Shown here piece by piece: positions 1-11,053 of a DNA stretch of 32,216 nucleotides. The position numbers and the translations under genes are program-made. Positions within the stretch are counted from its first letter, which is position 1. Each line of letters starts with the position of its first letter. The DNA comes from Gonapodya sp. JEL0774. Lineage: Eukaryota. The stretch covers positions 1 through 32,216 of the forward strand of contig JADIIX010000196.1 in NCBI GenBank assembly GCA_027604505.1. The letters are read 5' to 3'. Below the pieces are notes generated by a model. That model was given only the letters and a program-made list of their open reading frames with translations, was not told the DNA's origin and did not search any database.

Positions 1-449
1 CCCACTCATCATACGCTAAATGCATTCTCCTTTGAAGATGCCTGCTGTATGTAAGACAAGCAAGATTCCTAAATTCTAAGTCTGAATCTGCCAATGGATT
101 GGTGTAATTCAGTGCAGATCAGTCAGTATGTAGTAGCCACTCAATTACTTCTCCACTTATTAGCTGCTTTAAGCTCTGCTTGCTTCCACTCTGACAATGT
201 CCAACACAATACCCCACTTTTACGCCTGCTGAAGTCCCATACAAAATTCATTAGAAATAGCATCACAACTATGTTAGAAACCACACTTACATGTAAATTA
301 TTTGAGCATTGATAAAGAGTGTTTTAACACCAATATTACCTGCACCAGCATGCAGGGATAAAAAATGCTCTGGTATGTCATGATTTATAAACCTCAATAA
401 GAGAGTATTTTTATGGAACTTCAGCTTTGCAGGTCTCCACTTCAGAGTA

Positions 450-1456
450 TCAATTGCTGTGTTGGATCATTGTTTTGTTAATATGAAAGGTTAGGCAGTT
501 CCTTGCCCATTGTGAAAAGGGGGGCTCACAGTGCTGCTGACTTTGACTCCCAACATGGACGGTTGATGCAGTAAGATCATTCTCTTTAATATCTGCAGCT
601 GGTTCTACTGCCCCTGAACAGATCATCAAAATCTTGTGAATCACTCCACCATGCAAACATTCAACAGCAATAACCACTCAGTCCAAAATACACATACCTA
701 GCTCTTCCTTCTCATTTTTTGAGGCACATGTTAAATCAGACATGATATCAACAAGCTCTATAAAGTCATTTGTTGTTCCCATTGCACGAAGTGAAGTGAC
801 AGCTGACGGGGACAAGTGAAGGAAAGCTCACCTGTACAATCAGATGTCTTGGCAAGTTCTGGTGATATTGTACTTGAGCTTTGTATTACATCAAGTAATG
901 CTGTTTCCAAGAGAAAAGCATTTTGCTTCTTCCTCGCAAGCTTTCCAGCGAAGCCCCTCCTCAAACCAACCAGTCCCATCAATCTCCGTGGGAGAATCCT
1001 CTGTACATATGATAACGTGAGAGTTGGTGCAAGGATAAGGCTCTTTGAGCACCTCCCTCGCCATCTTCTTCCCGACTGGCGACTGGTAGTGCCCTGGGAG
1101 AAGAGAATGAGTTTGTCATGATTGGCCTTCAGACATGAAGATGGTGATGGACAACTCACCAAAAAGGGAAATCTTTCTTGATTTTGTTCTCTTCGACGAT
1201 CCGACTGATGTTTTGCCGACTATTGGGACCAACGGTATGAACTCGCAAGGTCACACCAACTCTTCGGTGACCAACAACAAATTCCCGGCAGCTGAGCTAC
1301 TCGCCTTCCAAGCAAGCAGAACGTAAAAGTCATATCTATTCTCTTTAAGATTCTCTGTCTTATCTGGTCTATCTATCTACTGGTTTCTAAAACTGCAAAA
1401 TGAAAAACTAACCCGTGCAACACACTAACGGAGGAGTCTCCAGATTGTTCCGCGGC
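450..1456 (-). pseudogene. CpG-decayed spliced gene remnant of unknown family, possibly transposon-internal
   Basis: One minus-strand frame runs from ~1093 to 450 (GHYQSPVGKKMAREVLKEPYPC...ECLHGGVIHKILMICSG...). It is broken only by TGA stops (forward TCA at 891, 840, 828, 678, 450). Upstream exons join in phase through GT..AG introns, with another TGA at 1251. Only ~5 CG dinucleotides occur in positions 1-900. Confidence 0.5.
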
Positions 1457-2266
1457 CCTGCAACTAACATTCTTTATTGGTCCAAAACAACCAGTTTAGC
1501 AGTCCCGAGCAGGTGTGTGTATCTGTGCCGTACGGTACTCACCTGCTCAACCGCTTCCGAATCACACCGGGCCCCCTACTCCGCACAAGCCACCGGCAAA
1601 TAATCACTAATGTGAATTGTGAGCTGCGGTTTTCATTGTCTTGTCTTTCAAGGGAAGGGAAGTGGTCGTCCATAGTAAAATGACTCGGAACAGGCCACAA
1701 AGGCACGAACAAGCGAATTCAGACCTCATAACAGGCACTTCTCCACGGACCAGACATGTCCACAATGCAGATGAATGCGCAGAGACTGTAATTTTTGATG
1801 ATTACTGTTGACTGTTCTGTCAATCCTTGCAAAGCACTCACAATCATCTTGTGAATGACACTTCATTTTCTCCGCTCCTTTTCCCTCTGTCCTGCGTTTT
1901 TGGGAGCTCAAGCCTTGCTTTCCGCGATGCGTGTAGCGTAGGAAGGCCAATTGCCAGTTCGAATTGAGATTGCTCCAAAAGAGAAGAGCTGTCCGCTAAA
2001 GGTTCCCGCGGCTCTCGATTTGCATAATCCATTCGTCTGTTTCATTTGATTTCTGTTGACATGTATTGGCGAAAATCGGCAGGCGCGAGGGATGGACAGC
2101 TGTATGAAAATGTGTACGCATGTATTCGCTGGTGTCCGGCATCCACGCCAGTTCGACACACTAAACTCAAAAACCGAAGGCCAAAGAGTACGCTTCAAAC
2201 GGTTCTGGCCAGCCGCCAGAGCCTTTTGAAAGTCTTCATTCTAGACTTTTCCTTACAGCGCGCAAT

Positions 2267-2550
2267 GTCAGGTTAAAATGGGTGACTGTCGGATAAAAGT
2301 TGAGTCAGAAAAAAGTACTAGCAGAAATCAGAAAAAAGTGCTTGGTTGAATGTCAGATTAAAGACTTCAAGTCAGAAAAAAGTATTTTGTGTGCGCAGGT
2401 CAGATAAAAGACGATTGGGGCAGATAAAAGAACCGCAAGGTCAGATTAAAGCGCCGTCAGTCAGAATAGAGTACAATTTAATTATACACAAGTCAGATAA
2501 AAGTACCGATGTGGGTCAGATAAAAGACTTAAGAGGGTCAGGAAAAAGCG
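2267..2550 (+). repeat. Array of ~13 copies of a 12-bp motif GTCAGA(T/A)(A/T)AAAG with short unique spacers
   Basis: Copies start at about 2267, 2288, 2304, 2327, 2352, 2371, 2399, 2419, 2440, 2460, 2492, 2515 and 2537, all in the same orientation and 16-32 bp apart. Confidence 0.85.
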
Positions 2551-2917
2551 TCACACGGGGCAACACATGGGCATGTGCGGATGACCAAGCCCAACACCTT
2601 CGCCAGAGAGCAAAAACGCAGTCGACATTTTTATTTTTGCTTCCTTGGAGGCGGAACATCGAGTGGGCCCCTTGGCGCCGTTGGGTGGCGGTGAGGTTGG
2701 TGCGGGAGAGGGAGGGCGAAGAGTGTAAAGAAGGAAGGACAAATGGATTACGGATGGATTGAGTCGATGATGCACCAGCGACGGGGACTGGTGGGAATAC
2801 TCCGAAAAAGCTGTTTCGGGAAATGTCTTCTGGACAATATCAGAGTTTGCAGAGGAGTTGACTCACTCTCCAAATGGATGGGCTGCGACTGCTGTGGCAT
2901 GCGGTGGGGCGCGGGCC

Positions 2918-2980
2918 CACGTTCCCCTTCTTTTCACCCACAAATCCGCTCGATTCACTACTCTTTGCCGACAGATTCTG
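2918..2980 (+). repeat. Dispersed direct repeat, copy 1 (partner at 12991-13054)
   Basis: cacgttccccttcttttcacccacaaatccgctcgattcactactctttgccgacagattctg differs from copy 2 by 4 substitutions and 1 indel. Confidence 0.85.
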
Positions 2981-3739
2981 CTGGCGGTCTAGTTCGCCTC
3001 TACGTCGCGATGTCGCTGCCCTCGCTTTCCAACGAGACCATCCACTCGATCGTGCACACTCGACAAACCTCTCCCCTTGGGACCCTCGTGCATTTCTCGA
3101 ACGTCGCTTCATGGATGGACCACAGACTTTGTGATAGATTTCCCGTAATGTCGTGAAACTGGCGGCTTTGGCAGCGATTTTGTTCTCGGTTACCTTCCCA
3201 TCATCTGGCAACAATCGCCGCTCCCGCCATCCTCGAATAGCTCACCCGTTTTCGACAAGGATACTCTGTCCTCGAACTAAATAGGACTGGGTTTGGTCTG
3301 GGAACCACAGGCTGGGAGTCCAACGGCTCCGTTTGTTGCCGGTTTGGTTGATTGTTGGAAAAGTCATCCACTGCCAATCGACGACAAGTGAAGGAAACCC
3401 TCGTCAGAATTTTCGTTCAATCAGCTCGAATGTTCTCCGGCATAGATGATGAGCACCGTTGCATACACTCGATTTCCGCATGGAACGCAATTGCAGGGGC
3501 CGATGACTCCACGTGTTTCAGTTATTTCCCTCCCTGGCTTTTTGCAGCCTGTGGATCGGAGCTTTGGCGTCAGGGTTCTCCGGTGAACCAACAGCGGTCA
3601 AAGACTACATTCAGACACAAGGGACTTCCAAAGCCGTCTAGTGTTGGATCACGTCACAGTTTTAGCGCTCCAGGCAATGAGGGTCACGCAGAACAGACAC
3701 TACGCAATGTTGATCTGCCAACCAACGCGATCACGTAGG

Positions 3740-5150
3740 ATGAGGAGTCATCGGGTCTTCTCTGAATCCCATTTTTCTGCACCATCTGATGTTTTGGATA
3801 GCCGAAAGCGAACCGTTGGTCATTACTCGTATGTCAAGGGCGCTACTTGAAATGATGACGTTCTTGGTTTTGTCGATGACCGTGCGAAGGATCTTGATGG
3901 CCCCGGTCTGAAGTGTCGGTGGTCAATACCGTCTAAGATTTCTTTCCATTTGATCTCAGGAGAACTGATCGCAGCGTCTGCGTCAGGACGGTAAAGTAGA
4001 TTTTACCTCCTGTCGGAAGGTAGGAATGACATGTGGAACCCCGGCCGATGTGACAGCAGCGGGTCCGTGGTCACAACTTCATACTGATCGACACATGGGT
4101 TAATCAGTGTCGCTGTATTCAGCATCTCATCGTGAATGCTCCAAACATAGCTTATCGTTGCGCCAGTGGAGTCATTCCCGGGTAACGTGTTGGGTTGCCG
4201 CCTGGCTGGTGGGCAAATGAGGTACTTGTTGAGGTACGAGATGCATTCAAGTTTCTCTTGGCGGACTCAGATCACCTCCCAAAAAGTATCACCATGACGT
4301 TGAGAGGGACAAGACTCCTGAGGGGGGGNNNNNNNNNNCTCCCCCCAACACAGTATTCCGTGAGCGCTGTGGTTGTCATGAGAGTTGGAATTCTGTAATC
4401 TGCGATCTCCGGATTGTACAGCAGCATGCCCGAAAAGCTGGAATAGGTTGTGTCGTTCCTTTTGATGGCAACACAGACTTGCGTGAGACTCTCGAGCAAT
4501 GTAGATTTTATATCCTTGCATGTCGAAAATCTTAACAAAGTTCTTCCAGAATCCGAGGAACTGAGCCGCAACGTCCTCTTCGCTCTGAGCGGTTGGACTT
4601 CCCTGGGAGAATCCAGTTCCAACAGGCACAACCCCAGACTGTGTGCACCAGCTTGTCCCAGGTCCAAAATTAGGATAGGGCTTGCGGGTGCCGTATTGCC
4701 GGAGAAAAGGGTCCGTTTTCTTGGAAGTAGCCTTCCACAGAGGAGCAGCCGGGCTGTACGGAGCGCATTGCGAGTCGAGTGAAGAAGAAAACATGATTAT
4801 GATGATTGCACGAACCATGAGCAGAGGGAACAGTCTCTCTCATGCAGTCGTCACCTCCCCCCCATTCACATAAATAAGGATCTCCCTCTTCGACCCCGGA
4901 TTCTGGGACGGGACTAACCAAAAAAAAAGAACTTGCTCGCTCTCGTTGCATTCTCTGATATTGAGTGCAATCCGGCAAAGGACTCGCCAACGTCAAAGTC
5001 CACAAGAGGAATGCCAGTTCCATTGACTGCGAATTCTGGGATCGAAGAAATGGGAGACAATGCAAGGTGGATAGGGTGAACAGTGACGGCAAAGTTTCGC
5101 CACGTCAGCGCGTACTCACTGGATGTGTTGGAGTTGATGAACATGTGGGG
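3740..5150 (-). pseudogene. Serine carboxypeptidase (peptidase S10) pseudogene
   Basis: Recognisable blocks in several frames: FAVNGTGIPLVDFDVGESFAG, WLVPSQNPG..NGG, PGCSSVEGYFQENGPF, PVGTGFSQG..EEDVAAQFLGFWKNF, and VIDKTKNVII..NGSLSAIQNIRW. The nucleophile motif GESYAG reads RESHA. There are multiple frameshifts and stops away from the N-gap, and I did not find the C-terminal catalytic-His block. Confidence 0.85.
4329..4338. other. Assembly gap (10 N)
   Basis: Run of N flanked by G and C homopolymers. Confidence 0.99.
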
Positions 5151-6104
5151 TGCAGGTTGGGCTCTCACGACGTTCCCGTTTCGGGCTACCATGGGCCAAA
5201 GCACTCGCTCAAGTGTCGGAGATGTTACTTGTGGTGAGAGATGTAAGACGCTCTCCGGGAGTGCGAGCCACTTCGCTGAGTGCCACCGATACGAAGATCG
5301 CAAGTGTAGAGGTGAGAGTGAGTGATCCTTGACACAAATCATTTGGTTGGTGACCGCTTTCAGAGTAGGTAGCAAGCGGATGATGTTTTTGCCAACCATA
5401 ATGAAATCTCTTGCTGGCCGCCATTTCCGCCACGAGAGTTGTCTGTACCATTCATACGAATCATACCGAGCGCGGGCTGACGTGGAGCAGCACGGGCCTT
5501 GCCAGTCGTATGGTCCTGCAGTACTCCCCGGCGGCAGCTAACCGCAAGGTTGAGTTCTTATTGGAGAAGGTGTAAAGCCTCTCCTCAACCGAGCCCTTCA
5601 CAACAGACTCGAGCGTTACACATCCTTCGAGTCCGCTGGGGAAGGGGGCGGCTTTGCAGGGATGGAGCAGTGGTGGAGGCGGACGGGCGATGCGGGGCGA
5701 TTGAAGTTTCGCAGTGGTAAGTGCAGTGTTTGAGTGAAAGACTCCTCAGTGCTCCAAGGAGTCGTGGGGATGAAGGTAGGAGGAGCTTTTCAGATGGACG
5801 GAACTCGTACTGCTTGTGACACTCGCATTTAGTATTTGTCTAGCATAGCTTTGGCGAGCTGACCAGGATTACATGGTAAGCGGCATATTACTTAAATGAA
5901 ATACCCGGGACCCACCACCGATAACAGCACCGTCTGCCTTCTGCCTGAGTGGGCAACCAAATACACGACAACAATGAAGATTTGCTCAATCATGTGAGAG
6001 GTTGTTTGAGTCGAGCAATCTTACCGCCATATAATCAACTAATCCTTTGGTTGTTATGATTTCGTGATGTAAACATCCATAAGACATCGAAATCATCCCG
6101 ATTA

Positions 6105-7282
6105 CTAGCTGATAGCGTCCACAAACACCGCTTTCTTCTCACATTCCTGACACAGCTCTTTCAATGTCTGTTTGTAGACACTCGTCCCATAGAGATAGGA
6201 ACTATAGATTGGGAACTTGAACACGAACCGCTTTGCTGGGACCGTTTGAATTATGGAAGCCCATCCCTTTCGAAACGAGGTTAGAATGGTCAAGGTTCCC
6301 GGAGATTTGAGATTATAAAACGTACTTGGGAGTTGGAAGACCACACGTTCTGACGTCTTGTAGTGTTGTAGAGGAACTGCTGTGCTTTCAAGAATGCAGA
6401 CGATCCGGAAGCTGATGACCCGATCCAGAAAAGCGTGGGACATGAAATCACTCAGATGCACGATCAGATTGGGCGAGGCCACTGCCCAAAGTTCGACAGA
6501 TTGGAGGTTTGGGAAAACAACGTCAAGCTCATTAAGTAAAGTTGATGAGAGATGGACCACGTCCGAACGGTCCTCGCTATCTCTCAAGGTGACACTCAAG
6601 ACAGAGTCCATTGCTCCTATTTGAAGCATTTTCAAAGTGTCAAAGAATCTCCACGACATATTCAGTTTAGTAAGCCGTGCAGTATTTTGAACGCACAGCG
6701 CAAAGAGTCCGAAGTTTTCTTGCTGTGTCCAAAGGCCGATTGTGTCCTGCATGCACTCGATCACCACCATAATTTTTGGCTGTTGAATGTCTATTCTCTG
6801 GGAGCGGTGTAGTGCAATCACGCTCGATCTCGCTGTAGATGAATTGGCCGAGCAGACTGTCGGCAAGGTCAGTTGGTGTGCGGTGGCCACGTCGTCATTG
6901 ACAAGTGGGACACCTCCGTTGAAGAATTCAGTGATTTGCGTGAGATGGAAAGTCACTTCTGCCACAGCCCAGACGGAATGAGCGGGGTTTGCGCTCTCCT
7001 CCCGACCCGAGTGAACGTGTCCCGCAACTCCACCCGTTTTTCGAGCGCGTTCTTCTTGAATGTGGTTGCCCGCTGTAACTTAAGGGTAACAAGAATAGGG
7101 ACTCGGCCTTCGGGATCAAGAATTGTTCTGGCGATGAAGCGGCATCGACGATTAATCCTTTGCACCAAGGTGTAAAATGTGCGTCGAGCGGCTGAGAGAA
7201 AGATGGCACGGAGAATTTCGTCGGGGAGATCGTGTATTGTCGTCGTGTGGTTTTCCCCGTTGGATCCGAGCGTTTTGCAATT
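6105..7282 (-). pseudogene. F-box protein gene with an apparent frameshift (pseudogene or sequencing error)
   Basis: Frame 7282-6953 reads TTIHDLPDEILRAIFLSAARRTFYTLVQRINRRCRFIARTIL, a typical F-box. A second frame is open from 7079 to 6105 and includes the 286-aa ORF. I found no in-phase intron joining the two, and the nearest upstream ATGs (~7311/7317) are out of frame with the F-box. Confidence 0.6.
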
Positions 7283-7662
7283 CTAACAAAAGGTTGGGAG
7301 CTGTTGATCATGTCCATTCTCGTTGCTCGTTCGCAAGGACGAACAACAGTGACAACTGCTGTAATGCACCTCACGCTCTCACAGCACCAGTAAAACACCC
7401 CATCCGAACAGCAAAAGAACGGAATATTCCTGCACCATGTAGTATCGAGAACAAGGGAAAATGAGACTTACAAAATAGATACGGACGATGAAAAGATAAT
7501 AGGGCACTCGGGACTTTGGTTTGCGGGTAAATTGTTCGGGAATCACGTCGAGGCCGGTGTCGTCGGTCATCCTGTGGGATGCACTGGGGTCAGGATGAAG
7601 TGTGTAATAGGATCAATCGCGTGGCCTTGACCAGAGGACTCAAGACCCCAGATTTCCAAACA

Positions 7663-10600
7663 ATGGCACAGACAGTGAGCAAGGAGCGATCGTGTTTTCT
7701 ACTTGGTTGGCAAAATCAGCTTTCTCAATTGCAGGCACCGGCTGCCGAACCCGTGGTTCCCAATCCGTCAGGTCCAGACCCGCGCGCAATCCTCCGTTGT
7801 TTTGTTGATGCGTACGCGACGACTAGCAATCCCATTGATCGATTAAAGGCTGCGTTTGGAAGACTCAAAGACTTTACCCAACAACTCGAGAAAGGCTATG
7901 TCCACTTCGAAGGTCAACAGTCCCTTTTTCGGGAGAAATTCAACCTCCAAAACGACGACGTCAGCTCGTTTATGGCTCCAATCCAACGTCGTCTCGTTGA
8001 ACGTGTTGTTTTGCAGACGTATAGGCTCGGTTTTTATGGTGCAACGAGCACTGGAAAAACAAGCTGTATCAACAAACTCCTAGGTTGGGACATTCTCACA
8101 ACCCGTAGTGGTCACACCACATATCGAAACCTAGTCGTAAAGTACTCGAGCCCCGGAATCTTGCGGTTGGGCCTCTACAACCTCAAAGATGGAATGCTTC
8201 TTCCAACCATTGGACCGCACAACACACCACAGACCTACCACTGGAGCTCTGAACAGGACGAAGACGATTTACCGGAGACGTTTTTGGATCAACTGGAAGC
8301 CCTCACAGTCAGAAGCGAGCTGAACAACAGCGACTTTGTCGCCTCAATTGAGGCAACTTCGAAGCAAGTGGTGGTGCTCGAATGTGATGTGCGGCTTCTT
8401 GAATGCGGCGTTGAGCTTATAGACATGCCAGGAACGTCAGATTCGGATATTTTGAGGGCTGCTATGGACACGGCTCGGGAACATTTCCTGCAACAATATC
8501 GACCCCATGGAATAGTCTTCTGTTATTCTCAGCGACTGCCGGATTCCGGAGATCTCAAAGCATTCAAAGAATTGGAGAAATGCGTCTACACAGTGTCTGC
8601 CCTTGAGACTGATTGCGATCTACCAGAAATACTTTTCAATCACACAAGACAAGGCATCAAGCAATTTAAAGAGGAACTTGGTCGTCAAAGCCTCCGTGGT
8701 GGATTTGATCAGGAGCACCTCAAACAGTTTGAGGTGAAACGGTTTCATGACCTGAGGGCGGCCAATATTTCACTCGTCAAGCTCCCCTCAACTTTGGAAG
8801 CATCAGTTAACTTTTCCATTGGTCCTCCTGAGGGAAACGAGCCGATTATCTTTGGAAACTTTGTTGACCATCTTGTTGATTTTGTGCTGGCATGCCAAAT
8901 CAAACGTCTCGTGGCTGCGTTCTTTGCAGTTGCTGACGCTTGTAACAATTTTTTTACTGTTCTACGTCGACTGCGACAAAATGTGGAGGAAAGAAAACAT
9001 CTCACACAGGAAGCACGAACATATTTGACCCATCTCGACAAGCAGTTGAGATCCGATGTAGAGAGTCTGACAAGGAGATTTCCTGCAGCAGTGGCAAGGT
9101 GGTCTTCGACCATGGAGGACGAGGGCTTGTCGGAAGCGAGAGATGTTAGGCTCATCGCGTATCCTGATGGCACGAAGCTTCACAGTCGTGGGTTCACGCT
9201 TTGTCTCTCTTTCCTTACGAACAAGTCATCATACAATCATTTGGACAGGCGAAGATCAAAATAAGGCTGTTGGTGCTTTCATGCAGGATTTTGCATCATG
9301 GATTGCAGACAAGATCTTTAAACCAGCCATTCAAGAGTTCCATGTTGTTCTACAAAGAATGATTCAAGAACGATTCTTGGTGGGTGTGTCAAATGGTTGA
9401 GTCAATAGTTGTGATTATTCACAGGGCAAAAATGCAGGCAGCATTTAACGAGCAGAACCCCATATTGACGCAAGCTATTCGCGATCAGCTCCAACTGAAC
9501 TTTGACTTTCATTTGAGGATGCTCGAACCTACGCACAGCTGGTTACAATTCGGTCTAACGTTACTTTGGCAATTTGGATTGATTGGATTGGGACCTCTCG
9601 TCACCATTCATACTATGATGGATTTCCTAGGTAAGCGTTATTCCAAAGCTCAAAATTTTTGCACTCATTCTTCTCCTACAGTGCTGCGAGTCTTTGGCAA
9701 AACAGTTGATGCAGCTTGGAAGGCTGATGTAGCCAAGAATGCTTTGGACAAACTCAAGTCCAGGTCTTTCAACACGGAAGTTGTGGAAGAAAAGGCGAAA
9801 GAGGCGCTGCAAGAGCTGGTTGGAAAAGTTTCTGCAGAAATCACTCGATTAGAGCATCAGATTGAGCGACTTGAGGCAATTGCACAAGAACGAAGTCGGA
9901 AGAAACAGCAAGAGTTCAAATTTCGGAGAGATTTTGCTGAATCTGAAGCACACTGTTTTGAAGCTCTGACCCGTATCTTGAATCCCACCATGGTGCATTA
10001 CCAACTTGGTGACACAATAGGGAGCGGGGCTGTTGGCAATGTATACAAAGTTTGCAGTACAGATCGCCATGTCATCAAAGTGCTGAAACCAAATGCCACT
10101 GATGGCGCAAAGCGGCTTTTCTTGGAAGAGATACACTATGGTCGCACATTGAACTCTATTTTAGGGGAAAACTCACGAGTGGTTGGACCCCTGGGAGCCT
10201 TTAAGAACAATGCGGGGTGCTGGAGCATTGTTTACCCTGCATTTGATATGGATCTGGCTGCGGTGATAACTGAGTATGAAGCTCGTGGGGAGAGAATCCC
10301 TCTCGACAAAGCTCTTGCGCTCGCCATTGGGGTTGCAAAGAGCATTAAAGGTTTGTGTGGGTGCTCTTTTTTCTTTGCTCTGCTAATTCATGGCCGTTTC
10401 ATGGTACAATTGAACTATTGGGAACTGGTGATCCTCTAGAGATTCACGATGCAGGTTTCATTCACCGTGACATCAAACCTCAAAATGTCGTCGTAAATAT
10501 TGGAGGCTCAAATACGTTTCAAGTTGCTCTCTGTGATTTGGGCACACTCTCTGACGCATTTGATGGCTTTACAGTAATTGGAACTCTACGGTACATGGCC

Positions 10601-11053
10601 CCAGAAATATCGCTGTCACCTGACGTTCAGGAGGCTTTGGGATACAGATTTTCCTCCTCTGGAACATTGGATGCTCGTCCGTGCGACATTTATGCACTGG
10701 GTGTGGTCATGCAAGATCTTGGCCTGGGGCAAAGTGATTCCACAACACCAAGCTCCAACCAGTTGGACAAAGAGGCCCTCCGGATCCTTTCAGGCCGTTG
10801 CACTCAAAGTGACCCCAAGAGTCGCCCCACAGCAGATGCCGCTCTCAAAGAGCTTATGGTGGTTTTCGAGGGGAGAAACTATTGCTTTTGCGGAGACAGG
10901 AACAGGAATGTGAGGTTCCAGCCGTGCGGCCACTTGTGCAGCTGTGAAGAATGCGCGTTGAGATTGGATAAGTGCCCAATATGCCGGCAGACAATTACAA
11001 CGCGTAACCCGGCATTTCCGACATCAGGGACGTATGTTCCGTTCATGAATTGA
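7663..11053 (+). CDS. Dynamin-like GTPase / protein kinase / RING finger fusion protein, DSTYK (Dusty)-like, ~1023 aa
   Basis: Predicted introns 7675-7734, 9188-9248, 9380-9437, 9631-9681 and 10351-10439 give 3072 nt in frame. GTPase motifs: GATSTGKT (8038-8061), HTT, LIDMPG (~8422). Hydrophobic segment at ~9540-9605. Kinase motifs: GSGAVG, VIK, HRDIKPQN, DLG, YMAPE, DIYALG. RING: CFC..PCGHLCSCEEC..CPICR (10883-10988). An alternative start at 7579 is possible. Confidence 0.88.

Noticed and set aside
1365..1430. Helitron-like words (tctatctatctac, cccgtgcaacacac)
   Set aside because: The hairpin is incomplete and there is no CTRR end. The region is better explained as an intron/exon junction of the minus-strand remnant.
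2267..2550. CRISPR-like repeat-spacer appearance
   Set aside because: The repeats are only 12 bp and degenerate, spacers are 4-20 bp, there are no cas genes, and the context is eukaryotic.
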